From an uncultured Planctomycetia bacterium (GTDB lineage Bacteria; Omnitrophota; Gorgyraeia; 2-02-FULL-51-18), in the NCBI GenBank assembly GCA_964402785.1, contig CAYODQ010000005.1, forward strand, positions 1-61,710: a DNA stretch of 61,710 bases, in the 5' to 3' direction. This document shows, piece by piece, positions 27,554-37,233 of the stretch (position 1 is the first letter of the stretch; the number at the start of each line of letters is the position of its first letter). The notes beneath the pieces are model-generated. The model worked only from the letters and a program-made list of their open reading frames with translations. It did not search any database and was not told the DNA's origin. The position numbers and the translations under genes are program-made.

Positions 27554-29130
27554 TTGCGGCGATCCTTTAAAAGTTTATAGATATAGGCATCCACGATAGC
27601 CTTCCAGCTTGCCTCGACGATATTGGTAGAGACGCCGATCGTGGACCAGATATTATTTTTGTCACGAAACTCGATGATAACGCGCACTTTGGCGGCTGTT
27701 CCTGCCTTCGAATTGACGATACGAACTTTATAGTCTTCAAGCGCCACTTCTTTGACCTGGGGATAAAACTCAGCCAAGGCCTTCACAAACGCTTTGCCAA
27801 GTGCATCCACCGGCCCATCGCCCTTCGTGGACACGACAGGCCCCTTTTTACCATCCACGGATACGCAAACAGAAGCCTTCACATCCACCTCTTCCCCCAC
27901 CTGTTCATTGGAGACAGCTGCGGACTCGATCTTAAAAAATGGCTTAGTTTTTCCGGCGCTCATGATGCGGCGCACAAGAAGCTCATAACTGGCCTCGGCG
28001 CTTTCGAATTGATAACCTTCATTCTCCAAGCGCTGCACTTCTTGTAAGATCTTCTTCGTTTCGGGTGTGTCTTTTTTAAGATCAATGCCCAGCTCTTCTG
28101 CTTTGAGCAAGATGTTGGTGCGGCCTCCGACCTCGGATACTAAATGCCGACGGCTATTGCCGACAAGCGTGGGATCGATGTGTTCGTAAGTGATGGGATT
28201 TTTTTTCACAGCGTCGATATGGACGCCGCCTTTGTGCGCAAAAGCGCTTTGTCCAACATACGGCTGCCCCTTGGACGGCACGCGGTTAGCCACCTCATCC
28301 ACGAAACGCGAAAGTTCAGTGAGCTCGGCAAGTTTTTCGGAAGACAAACATTTATAATCGTACTTCAGCTGCAAATTAACAACCACGGGGATAAGATCAC
28401 AATTGCCACAACGCTCGCCGATCCCGTTGATCGTGCCTTGGACATGACGCACACCGGCTTCGACAGCCGCTATCGCATTGGCCACACCCATTGCACCGTC
28501 ATTGTGCGTGTGGATACCCAAGGGCGCCTTGAGCTTGGCGCTGACTTCTTTGACGATCTCGGTCACACGCGTGGGCATCGTGCCGCCGTTTGTATCGCAT
28601 AGAACGATCACGGAAGCGCCAACACGATAGGCCGTCTCGATGGCTTTGAGCGCGTATTTGGCATTGTGTTTATAGCCGTCAAAAAAATGCTCGGCATCAT
28701 ACACCACTTCTTTGCCTTTGGAGATCAGGAACTTGACCGAGTCTTCGATCATGCGTAGGTTTTCATCCAGATCCGTCTTAAAAACTTCGGTGACATGAAG
28801 ATCCCAGCTTTTGCCAAAGATCGTCACAACCGGTGTGTCGGCCGCAACCAGAGCCTTGAGATTGGCATCCTCAGATGCTTTGGTGTGAGCTTTGCACGTG
28901 GAGCCAAACGCTGCAAGCTTCGCGTGTTTGAGCCTCACCTTCTTGGCTTCATCAAAAAACTCGCTGTCTTTAGGATTGGCACCCGGCCAGCCGCCTTCGA
29001 TATAGTCAAAACCCATCTCATCCAGCTTCTTCAGGATGAGAAGCTTGTCTTGGACAGAAAACGAGATACCCTCTCCCTGAGAGCCGTCGCGTAAAGTCGT
29101 ATCGTATACTTGGATCTTTTTGGAGCTCAA
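27550..29130 (-). CDS. cimA: Citramalate synthase
   Basis: YDTTLRDGSQGEG, IEGGWPGANPKD, YDAEHFFDG, FAHKGGVH. Confidence 0.93.
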   Translation of the reverse strand: MSSKKIQVYDTTLRDGSQGEGISFSVQDKLLILKKLDEMGFDYIEGGWPGANPKDSEFFDEAKKVRLKHAKLAAFGSTCKAHTKASEDANLKALVAADTPVVTIFGKSWDLHVTEVFKTDLDENLRMIEDSVKFLISKGKEVVYDAEHFFDGYKHNAKYALKAIETAYRVGASVIVLCDTNGGTMPTRVTEIVKEVSAKLKAPLGIHTHNDGAMGVANAIAAVEAGVRHVQGTINGIGERCGNCDLIPVVVNLQLKYDYKCLSSEKLAELTELSRFVDEVANRVPSKGQPYVGQSAFAHKGGVHIDAVKKNPITYEHIDPTLVGNSRRHLVSEVGGRTNILLKAEELGIDLKKDTPETKKILQEVQRLENEGYQFESAEASYELLVRRIMSAGKTKPFFKIESAAVSNEQVGEEVDVKASVCVSVDGKKGPVVSTKGDGPVDALGKAFVKALAEFYPQVKEVALEDYKVRIVNSKAGTAAKVRVIIEFRDKNNIWSTIGVSTNIVEASWKAIVDAYIYKLLKDRRK

Positions 29131-29140
29131 AAGTGTCCCT

Positions 29141-30361
29141 TTATTTTTTCTTGCTCAAATTGAATGCCTGATGCAGAACCAACACGGCTTTATCCGCCTG
29201 ATCTCGGTTCACCACACATGAGATCTTGATCTCGCTCGTAGAGATCATCTCAATATTGATCTTGTTTTTGGCCATGATCTCAAACATCGCAGCGGCCACA
29301 CCTGCGTGACTGCGCATACCCACTCCCACCACGGATATCTTGGACAAATTGAGGTCTTTGGATATTTTTTTAATGCCTGTCTTGCGCGCGATCTTCTGAA
29401 GCGACTCGACGGCTCGATTGGCATCTGCCTTGGGTACGGTAAATGAGATATCGGTGTCCACATCATCACCAATGTTCTGGATGATCATATCCACATTGAT
29501 CGCCTGATCGGACAGGCTCCGGAAGATAGTCGCCGCGACGCCGGGCTTGTTGGGCACGCCGCTCACGGTAACTTTTGCCTCATCTTTGCTACAAGAAACA
29601 CCACGAATCAATACATCTTCCATCGACTTATCCTCCTTCACGATCCAGGTTCCTTCATTTTGTGAAAAACTTGACCGCACATGCAGCGGTATATCAAATT
29701 TACCAGCGACTTCAATAGAGCGCGACTGCATCACTTGAGCACCCGATGAAGCAAGCTCCAACATTTCTTCATAGCTGATACGCTTGATCTTGCTTGCGTT
29801 TTTTACTTTGCGCGGATCAGCGGTGTAGATTCCCTCCACATCCGTATAGATCTCGCAAGTATCCGCCTTCAGGGCCTTGGCCAAAGCTACAGCCGTCAAG
29901 TCACTCCCGCCGCGGCCAAGCGTTGTGATCTCTTGGTTCGCATCGATCCCCTGAAACCCCGCAACAATGACCACCTTTTTTTGCTCCAGCTCTTTTTTGA
30001 TACGAGATGTATTGATATCCACGATACGCGCTTTGGTGTAACTGGAATCAGTGCGAATACCGACCTGCGCCCCCGTAAACGAGATCGCATCAACTTTGAG
30101 CTCATGCAAAGCCATCGCCAAAAGCGCTACGGATATTTGCTCACCCGTGGATAAAAGCATATCCAACTCACGGCGAGAAGGATTTTTGGATATTTTATCC
30201 GCCAATTCCAAAAGATCATCCGTCGTATCACCAAGAGCGCTCACCACCACGACCAGCGAGTGGCCTTTTTTGGCATACTGCGCGACGCGACGCGCTACAT
30301 TCTGAATACGCTCAGGCGAAGCAACGCTTGAACCACCAAATTTTTGCACAAATAGCGGCAT
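29141..30361 (-). CDS. lysC: Aspartate kinase
   Basis: VQKFGGSS, TTLGRGGSD, two ACT domains. Confidence 0.98.
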   Translation of the reverse strand: MPLFVQKFGGSSVASPERIQNVARRVAQYAKKGHSLVVVVSALGDTTDDLLELADKISKNPSRRELDMLLSTGEQISVALLAMALHELKVDAISFTGAQVGIRTDSSYTKARIVDINTSRIKKELEQKKVVIVAGFQGIDANQEITTLGRGGSDLTAVALAKALKADTCEIYTDVEGIYTADPRKVKNASKIKRISYEEMLELASSGAQVMQSRSIEVAGKFDIPLHVRSSFSQNEGTWIVKEDKSMEDVLIRGVSCSKDEAKVTVSGVPNKPGVAATIFRSLSDQAINVDMIIQNIGDDVDTDISFTVPKADANRAVESLQKIARKTGIKKISKDLNLSKISVVGVGMRSHAGVAAAMFEIMAKNKINIEMISTSEIKISCVVNRDQADKAVLVLHQAFNLSKKK

Positions 30362-30373
30362 ACAAAGATCCTC

Positions 30374-31513
30374 TTAATTTAAAAATGTTTTCATGAGCCC
30401 GTGCCCAGGCTCAAACGTGACGCCTGATGCAAAAGCATGTTTCTCGTCAAAGTTGTCGGAGGCATTGGCTTCAAACCCGGGACCCGCCAAAAGAACCGGG
30501 ACATGCCCGTGCCCTGAATTTTTTTTATGCAATCCCTCCGAAGTATCGGATGTGATGAGAATACGAACGCCGTCTTTGTTGGCCTGATATTCTCGCAAAG
30601 CAGCTCCCACCACGATCTCGTCAAATACCTCAATACGGCGGATCTTAGACTTGAGCGTCACGCCTTTTTTTTCATCTGACTCATGATCGCGATAGACAAT
30701 GCGCACATCTGCCTTGGCTGAGATAGGATCCGCTGCCGTCTCCACAGAAAGCGCCTTGGCTAAGCCCTTCATAAAAAGTGTTTTGGCGACGATGGCTGCA
30801 GATTTTCCGTAACGATCCTTGAAGGGCGGCAGCTTGGGCTTTCGACCCTGACCCCAAAACCAGACCATATTGGCGGGGTTCTCTCCCAGATCAATACGAA
30901 CACGGTTGACATCATGGTTTTCCAGAGCCACGCGAGAGGATTGCATCCATTCCATCATTTTATTTTGAAGTTTTCCCTTGGGCCAATGCTTGGCTATTTT
31001 TTGCGACACCATTTTAGACGGCTGCACACACTCAAGGCCATCATACTCCGCCACATCTTTATCGGCAGAAATAATGGCGAGATTACGATAACCATCCACA
31101 GCGTGAAATAAGAACGTGCCATCCGAATGACGCTTCAACTCTTCCAGCAAAATAAGCGCTTCTCTTGCCGAAATATGACCCGCTGACGGATCGATCAGTG
31201 TGTCCTCAGAGACGGTCACAAAATCTGACCGAAAAGCGACCTGGGTTTCGGATTGTTGGATATTAAGAGCCATGGCTTCAAGCGGCGCCAAACCTGTAAA
31301 AGTTTCTACGGGATCGAATCCGAGCAAAGAAAACATCGCAACCTCTGGTGTCGCACTCAGCGAACTAGGCACAAAACTGCTTTTGCCGATGCGAGCCGAT
31401 TTCGCAAGCGCATCCATTGCGGGAGTCTTGGCAACTTCAAGCGGAGTCCTACCTTGAAGCTCTTCCAGCGGCTCATCCGCCATCCCCCTACAAACCAACA
31501 CAAAATATTTCAT
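30374..31513 (-). CDS. ApgM/TIGR02535-type phosphoglycerate mutase homolog with degenerate active site
   Basis: GMADEP..TPLEVAKTP, SAGHIS, NPANMVWFWGQG conserved; catalytic Ser and metal ligands substituted. Confidence 0.85.
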   Translation of the reverse strand: MKYFVLVCRGMADEPLEELQGRTPLEVAKTPAMDALAKSARIGKSSFVPSSLSATPEVAMFSLLGFDPVETFTGLAPLEAMALNIQQSETQVAFRSDFVTVSEDTLIDPSAGHISAREALILLEELKRHSDGTFLFHAVDGYRNLAIISADKDVAEYDGLECVQPSKMVSQKIAKHWPKGKLQNKMMEWMQSSRVALENHDVNRVRIDLGENPANMVWFWGQGRKPKLPPFKDRYGKSAAIVAKTLFMKGLAKALSVETAADPISAKADVRIVYRDHESDEKKGVTLKSKIRRIEVFDEIVVGAALREYQANKDGVRILITSDTSEGLHKKNSGHGHVPVLLAGPGFEANASDNFDEKHAFASGVTFEPGHGLMKTFLN

Positions 31514-31520
31514 ATTCCCC

Positions 31521-32585
31521 TTAAGACTTTATTGCTTTCAAAACAGCATCCAGTTTTGCAGGAGCTTTTTTGAGCTTTCCCACACTACGGATCGCTATAT
31601 CAGGATCTTTTAATCCGTGACCTGTAAGAACACAAACCAGCGAAGCCTTTTTGGCTTTTGCCTTCTTTTTAAAATATCCCTGTTTCGCAAGCTTGAGCAC
31701 GCCTGCAACGCTGGCAGCGCTTGCTGGCTCCACAAAAACACCATCTTTGCCCGCCAGCCATTTATAAGCACCCAGGATCTCCATATCTGTAACCGCATCA
31801 ATACGGCCACCGGAATCATTTTTGGCGGCAACAGCCGCTTGCCAGCTCGCCGGATTACCGATCCTTATCGCAGTTGCTATGGTTTTAGGGCTCTTTACAA
31901 TTTTATTTTGCACGATTGGGGAGGCGCCCTGCGCCTGAAATCCCAGCATCGTAGGGCATTTTTTAATTTTGCCGAGCTTGAAGTATTCCTGATAACCTTT
32001 CCAATAAGCGGTGATGTTTCCGGCGTTACCAACCGGTATCGAATGAAAATCAGGAACCCCTCCCAGCTGATCACAAACTTCAAAAGCGCCTGTCTTTTGA
32101 CCTTCTATACGATAAGGATTGAGCGAATTCACGAGCGCTATCCCCTCGCTCTTCGAAACTTCTTTGACCATCTGAAGCGCAATATCAAAATTTCCTTTGA
32201 TCGCAATAACTTTTGCTTGATGGATCAGCGCTTGGCTCAATTTCCCCAGCGCAATATGGCCATCCGGGATCAAAACCGCACAGCCTAGCCCCGCGCGAGC
32301 CGCGTATGCCGCCGCTGAGGCAGAAGTGTTGCCCGTGGACGCACAGATCACCATCTTCGCGCCCTCTTCTTTGGCTTTGGAAACGGCCATCGTCATGCCG
32401 CGATCTTTAAAAGAACCCGTGGGATTGAGGCCCTCGTATTTCAAAAAAACCTCAAGCCCCGTGGCTTTTGAAAGCGACTCTGAAAAAATAAGAGGTGTGT
32501 TACCCTCCCACAACGAAACAACCGGCGTCTTGGCCGAAACAGGCAAATAATCCTTGTAAGCTTCTACGATCCCTTGCCAGCTCAT
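31521..32585 (-). CDS. thrC: Threonine synthase
   Basis: EGNTPL, EGLNPTGSFKDRG, CASTGNTS, PVGNAGN. Confidence 0.98.
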   Translation of the reverse strand: MSWQGIVEAYKDYLPVSAKTPVVSLWEGNTPLIFSESLSKATGLEVFLKYEGLNPTGSFKDRGMTMAVSKAKEEGAKMVICASTGNTSASAAAYAARAGLGCAVLIPDGHIALGKLSQALIHQAKVIAIKGNFDIALQMVKEVSKSEGIALVNSLNPYRIEGQKTGAFEVCDQLGGVPDFHSIPVGNAGNITAYWKGYQEYFKLGKIKKCPTMLGFQAQGASPIVQNKIVKSPKTIATAIRIGNPASWQAAVAAKNDSGGRIDAVTDMEILGAYKWLAGKDGVFVEPASAASVAGVLKLAKQGYFKKKAKAKKASLVCVLTGHGLKDPDIAIRSVGKLKKAPAKLDAVLKAIKS

Positions 32586-33877
32586 GCTTCCACCCGAATA
32601 ACTTGTGTTTTTTCGCGCACGTCTTTACGGTTATCGATCAATCGAACAGCGCGGCGGATATTTTCTTCAAAAGCTCCATACGTGAGGATCACAACCGGCA
32701 CCGATTTTGATTCCTGCGACTCTTTTTGATGCACACTCAAAATGGAGATATGGTGACGCCCCAAGATCTTGGCGATATTGCCAAGTACACCTGGGCGATC
32801 TGCGACTTGAAAGCGCAAATAATATTTAGATACCAATCGATCCATCGGAAGCACGCGCCCACGATGACGCGCTGCCAGACTGGGCACGGAACGAAATTGA
32901 CCCACGGATAATTCTTTGGCCAGCTCAAGCATATCACTCAACACAGCGCTCGCCGTCGGCATGCGCCCTGCCCCTCGACCATAAAACAAAAGATCTCCCG
33001 CCTGATCCGCGTGCAAGAAAACCGCATTATATACCCCGCGGACACCCGCCAAGGGATGATCCAAGGGCAGCAGTGTGGGATGCACGCGGAGCTCAAGCCC
33101 TCCCGGCAAATTCTTTCCGATCGCCAAAAGCTTGATCGCATACCCCAGCTCACGCGCATAAGCGATATCTTCAGCGGTGATATTGCGTATACCCTGGACA
33201 AATATTTTTTTGTACGGTATTTGCATACGAAATGCCAAGCGCGCCAAAACAGCCAGCTTGTGCGCAGAATCAAAACCATCGATGTCCAAACTTGGGTTAG
33301 CTTCGGCAATGCCTTGTTTCTTGGCTTCGTCCAGCGCCGCGGCAAATGTTTTACCCGTTTGCGACATAGATGTCAGGATCGTGTTGCAAGTGCCGTTCAC
33401 AATTCCGTAAAAATGCGTGATCTGATTGGAAGCAAAACCTTCTTGGATCGAGCGAAGGATAGGAATGCCGCCGCACACACTAGCCTCAATGCCGATAGGG
33501 ATCTGTTTTTTTTCGGCAAGGCTATAGACCCGCTCACCTTTTTCAGCCAACAGCGCTTTATTGGCCGTCACAACAGGCTTGCCCAATGCCAAAGCTCGGC
33601 GAATCCATGTCGCGGCGGGCTCAACACCACCCACCAACTCCGCCACAATATCAACCCTGGGATCTTCGATCACATCCATCGGACGTGTCGTGAGTAGTTT
33701 CTTGGGGACAAAGACATCGCGCTTTTTGTTCAGCGAACGCACCGCAACGCGCCTAAGCTCCAAACGCAAACCGGTCTTTTCTTCGATGCGCCGCGCCTGA
33801 GTCTGGAGAATATGCGCCACACCCTGACCCACGGTTCCGAGCCCGATAATTCCTACACCGATTGTTTTTTTATTCAT
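32582..33877 (-). CDS. hom: Homoserine dehydrogenase with ACT domain
   Basis: GLGTVG, VVTANK, EASVCGGIP, NGTCN, DIDGFD; true start MNKKTI (the ORF-track start lies inside the tRNA). Confidence 0.97.
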   Translation of the reverse strand: MNKKTIGVGIIGLGTVGQGVAHILQTQARRIEEKTGLRLELRRVAVRSLNKKRDVFVPKKLLTTRPMDVIEDPRVDIVAELVGGVEPAATWIRRALALGKPVVTANKALLAEKGERVYSLAEKKQIPIGIEASVCGGIPILRSIQEGFASNQITHFYGIVNGTCNTILTSMSQTGKTFAAALDEAKKQGIAEANPSLDIDGFDSAHKLAVLARLAFRMQIPYKKIFVQGIRNITAEDIAYARELGYAIKLLAIGKNLPGGLELRVHPTLLPLDHPLAGVRGVYNAVFLHADQAGDLLFYGRGAGRMPTASAVLSDMLELAKELSVGQFRSVPSLAARHRGRVLPMDRLVSKYYLRFQVADRPGVLGNIAKILGRHHISILSVHQKESQESKSVPVVILTYGAFEENIRRAVRLIDNRKDVREKTQVIRVEA

Positions 33878-33901
33878 AATGGTTCCGACATTTAAAAAAC
33901 G

Positions 33902-33977
33902 TCGGGGCGGGCGGATTTGAACCGCCGACCTCCTGCACCCCAAGCAGGCGCTCTAGACCGAGCTGAGCCACGCCCCG
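33902..33977 (-). tRNA. tRNA-Pro(GGG); CCA not encoded
   Basis: CGGGGCG acceptor stem, CCTGC-TTGGGGT-GCAGG anticodon arm, GGTTCAAATCC T-arm. Confidence 0.95.
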
Positions 33978-33983
33978 TTAAAC

Positions 33984-34991
33984 CTAATCGCTTTCTCGGC
34001 TTGAACCTCCGGACAAAAGCGCCTCCACCACAATATTTGGATCTGATTTCAAAAACAAAATTTTATACACCGCTTCCGAGATCGGCATGGATACGCGGTA
34101 TTTTTTGGCCAGTTTGTACACGGACTTAGCCGTCTCGACGCCCTCGACCACCATTTCGGACTCACCCAAGATCTCGGATAATTTTTTACCCTTGCCGAGC
34201 TCATGCCCCAAAGTCCGATTGCGGCTATGCGCCGACAAACAAGTGGTGGCAAGATCTCCCAAGCCGCTTAGCCCTGTGAATGTTTCGCGCTTAGCACCCA
34301 TCTTATGACCCAGTCTCGCCATCTCGGCAACACCCCGTGCAAAAAATAATGCTCGTGTATTGGCGCCCATTCCAAGCCCTTCAGCAATACCAGCGCCGAT
34401 CGCAATCACGTTCTTGAAAGATCCGCCAAGCTCGACACCCAAGACATCGTCTGAACAAAAAAGCTGAAAGCGCTTGGTTGCAAAAAGCTGGCTGATGATT
34501 TTTGCGAATCCCGCATCTCGAGAGGCAACCGACGCTGCGGACGGCATCTTAAGGCCAACTTCTCGAGCGATGTTTGGGCCAGATAAAACGGCGAATCTTG
34601 TCTTACCCAAAGTCTCTTGCAAAACCTGCGACATTGTATGAAGCGAAGATGTTTCGATGCCTTTGGCTACGATGATAAATGATTGCGTCTTGGCGATTTT
34701 TTTGGGCAGCTGCGCCAAAACACTACGCATGTGTTGTGAGGGTATGGCCAAAACCAAAATATCCGAAAATTGCACCGCATCTTCCAGGGAATGTGTGAGA
34801 GAAATATTTTCAGGGATCTTGAACCCTGGCATGAACTTAATATTCTCTCTTTTTTTGCGGATCTCTTCGATATATTTGGGAAAAGCGCCCCACAAACTAA
34901 CCGAAAAACCCTTTTCAGCCAAAAGGATGGCCAGCGTCGTCCCCCAACCTCCATCACCCAAAACACTTATTTTTGTATCTTTTTGCGACAT
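33984..34991 (-). CDS. gpsA: NAD(P)H-dependent glycerol-3-phosphate dehydrogenase
   Basis: GDGGWGT, AKGIE, LSGPN, GGSFKNVIA, GLGDL, SRNR. Confidence 0.98.
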   Translation of the reverse strand: MSQKDTKISVLGDGGWGTTLAILLAEKGFSVSLWGAFPKYIEEIRKKRENIKFMPGFKIPENISLTHSLEDAVQFSDILVLAIPSQHMRSVLAQLPKKIAKTQSFIIVAKGIETSSLHTMSQVLQETLGKTRFAVLSGPNIAREVGLKMPSAASVASRDAGFAKIISQLFATKRFQLFCSDDVLGVELGGSFKNVIAIGAGIAEGLGMGANTRALFFARGVAEMARLGHKMGAKRETFTGLSGLGDLATTCLSAHSRNRTLGHELGKGKKLSEILGESEMVVEGVETAKSVYKLAKKYRVSMPISEAVYKILFLKSDPNIVVEALLSGGSSRESD

Positions 34992-35085
34992 AAGAAGTTA
35001 AGTATGAATCCCCTATAAAATTTACGAGCTTTTCAGTATAGCAAACGGCTAAATATTGGTCAATACACCGAACTCCCCAAGAATC

Positions 35086-35299
35086 CAACCTTTGATACGA
35101 AAGCGCACACAAGCCGACAAGGGATATCTCCCTTCGGATACGCCTGCCTGCTGGCAGGCAGGCTCCGAGGCCCCTGCGAGGCCTCTCGCTTCTCGGGCTC
35201 CTCGGCTAAGTTAAAACCAACCGTTCCCTGCGCCTCGTCGTCCCGGGACTCCTCTGGGAGATATCCCTCGGCTTGGGATGCTTTTCTTATGAAAGGTTG
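35086..35299. repeat. Long palindrome H5 with nested CCTGCCTGCTGGCAGGCAGG (35143-35162)
   Basis: CAACCTTT/AAAGGTTG, CAAGCCGA/TCGGCTTG and AGGGATATCTCC/GGAGATATCCCT arms. Confidence 0.88.
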
Positions 35300-35401
35300 T
35301 ATCCGTGACTCGTTTACCCAGGTATATGAAAAAAATTCATCCTTTATGCTCGTGTTTTGGAGGATTTTGTTTCGTATGATGCGGAAGCGAGTCATGAATA
35401 C
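35299..35401. ncRNA. Candidate structured motif, copy 2
   Basis: GTATCCGTGACTCGTTT...AAGCGAGTCATGAATAC stem enclosing ATGAA/TTCAT; homologous to 75-136. Confidence 0.4.
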
Positions 35402-35428
35402 AAGCCACTGATTCTAATAAGCATCTAA

Positions 35429-35583
35429 AGTAAACCGATAAGGGGTATATCCGTAGGGAGTCTCGAAACCCCGGAGACGCACGGAACATCTATTTTTTTT
35501 ATAGCCGACGGGGTGAGATGAGCGAGGTGCCTCGCAGGGGCACCGGAGTGAGTCCGTAGGGGAATGCCTATTGGGGGTTTACT
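35429..35583. repeat. Palindrome H6 (AGTAAACC...GGTTTACT), same family as H5 but inverted
   Basis: 35504-35563 aligns with the minus strand of 35135-35206 once the 20-bp insert is removed. Confidence 0.8.
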
Positions 35584-35597
35584 GCGTACTTATTTGG

Positions 35598-36002
35598 TTA
35601 TGCTTGTATTCCTGAGGAGCCGTTTATCATGTCGAATTTTATGGAGTGCATGAAGACGACAGTGTAGATGTGTAGATTTTGGACGACGTAGAAGCTGCCG
35701 ATGACTCGGTATATCATTTGGCCGACACCGGTTTTATTATCGAATATTTTTTTGATGGATACATGGCGGTCTTTTTTGGCCCCCATGACTTTTTGTGTCT
35801 CCATCCAATTGTTGAGCTGGGTTGGATCCTGTGATTGATTTTGCTCAAAAATATAATAGGAAAATTTCTTTTCTGCCCGGGCTGTCATGCCACCTTGGTC
35901 GATCAGTTCGACGATCGAGAGGTTGCGTCTTTTATGGTTCACGGACTCTGTCTGCTTGATACATATTTCGCGCATTTCACTCACCCTAAAGTTATTAAAC
36001 AT
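35598..36002 (-). CDS. Hypothetical (orphan) protein
   Basis: 134-aa ORF, co-directional with neighbours; no motif recognised. Confidence 0.65.
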   Translation of the reverse strand: MFNNFRVSEMREICIKQTESVNHKRRNLSIVELIDQGGMTARAEKKFSYYIFEQNQSQDPTQLNNWMETQKVMGAKKDRHVSIKKIFDNKTGVGQMIYRVIGSFYVVQNLHIYTVVFMHSIKFDMINGSSGIQA

Positions 36003-36077
36003 TTTTAAGAACTACATTAAAAAAATAGACTTATATCGGAAGTATACATGAGGGTACAAAGGAATACAAATATCTAA

Positions 36078-36677
36078 CTATTTATTCTTCTTACCTACAG
36101 GCTTCTCTTCGCCTCTAAGAAGACGCGCCATATTGGCTCGATGTGTCCACAATACAAAAGCGCTAAGGGCAGTCAATACATACGTGGAGGTATCGTTGGG
36201 CGTCAGAATCCAGGCTGAGAGACTCAATAGGATCACCGCCACGATCGAGCTGATGGAGACGATCTTCGTGGCTAAAAAAACTAACCCCCAACTTGAAAAT
36301 GAGATTACAAATAACAGCGGGTGGCTGCCCGCCAAAACACCGGAACCCGTCGCAACACCCTTCCCGCCTTTAAATTTCAAAAATGGCGTAAAAATATGTC
36401 CAAGGATGGCAAAAACACCCATCAAAAGCGGTGCACAAGAAAATGTGTTGGCCGCGCTATGCGAAAATATCCACACGGGTAAAAATCCTTTTAGAAAATC
36501 CACGGCAAACACGAGGCTTCCAGGGCCTTTCCCCAGTACCCGAAATGCATTGGTAGCGCCCACATTACCGCTACCATGTTGGCGAATATCGATCCCTTTT
36601 AATTTTTTGGCCACGATAAATGCTGTCGGCAAAGATCCGCAAAGGAACGCAGCGATAGCGTAAATAAAAAAAATCAT
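36078..36677 (-). CDS. plsY: Glycerol-3-phosphate acyltransferase
   Basis: GSGNVGATN, DFLKG, GHIFTPF..FKGGKGVAT, HRAN. Confidence 0.98.
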   Translation of the reverse strand: MIFFIYAIAAFLCGSLPTAFIVAKKLKGIDIRQHGSGNVGATNAFRVLGKGPGSLVFAVDFLKGFLPVWIFSHSAANTFSCAPLLMGVFAILGHIFTPFLKFKGGKGVATGSGVLAGSHPLLFVISFSSWGLVFLATKIVSISSIVAVILLSLSAWILTPNDTSTYVLTALSAFVLWTHRANMARLLRGEEKPVGKKNK

Positions 36678-36678
36678 C

Positions 36679-37233
36679 TCATGACTCCTGAAGCATGCGT
36701 CCGCCCAAACTCACGTACACTGATGCTGAGATGGCCGTCATGATGACCGCGGCTCCAAATAAAATCGATCGCAGAAGCGGCGGTGCCATCAAAAGCGAGG
36801 CGGCTAAAGTTACCATCTGCAGAACCGTGGTCAGCTTACCAATAAAAATGGGTCTCGCTTTTAGCGAACCCGTTAAAATAAAAATGATCACTGAGCCGAT
36901 CAATAACACGATATCGCGAGCGAGGATCGGAAGCGTAACCCATGCAGGGACCTTCATCGCATCAGGAAGATGGTTCATAATGGATAAACTCAGGAAACCG
37001 CTCACCAGGAGAAGTTTATCCGCGACAGGATCGAGCATAGCACCAAATTCGGTTTTTTGATTTAATTTACGCGCCAAAAAACCATCCAAACCGTCGCTGA
37101 TACATGCCGCGAAAAAAAAGCCCAGTATCCAATAATAAAGCTCAGGCCTTTCGGGTGTGAAATAAAGAAGCGCCACAACAAAAAAGATGGTCAGGATAAC
37201 CCGAAGGATCGTGATCCTATTCGGTAAGTTCAA
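36679..37233 (-). CDS. pgsA: CDP-alcohol phosphatidyltransferase (PgsA-like)
   Basis: PNRITILR, DGLDGFLAR..G..LDPVADK. Confidence 0.88.
   Translation of the reverse strand: MNLPNRITILRVILTIFFVVALLYFTPERPELYYWILGFFFAACISDGLDGFLARKLNQKTEFGAMLDPVADKLLLVSGFLSLSIMNHLPDAMKVPAWVTLPILARDIVLLIGSVIIFILTGSLKARPIFIGKLTTVLQMVTLAASLLMAPPLLRSILFGAAVIMTAISASVYVSLGGRMLQES

Noticed and set aside
33878-33943. N-terminal extension of Hom (MGCRRSAVQIRPP)
   Set aside because: It is the translation of the tRNA-Pro 3' half; the real start is 33877.
35060-35395. 111-aa ORF (MTRFRII...) as a gene or Thr/Ile leader peptide upstream of the gpsA-thr operon
   Set aside because: It reads through palindrome H5 and the 20-bp module (LPASRQA), is far longer than attenuator peptides, and lacks Thr/Ile codon runs.
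24824-35583. T-box or riboswitch control of valS, thr, his or trp genes
   Set aside because: No T-box antiterminator (AGGGTGGNACC) or recognisable riboswitch seen, and spacers are mostly too short.
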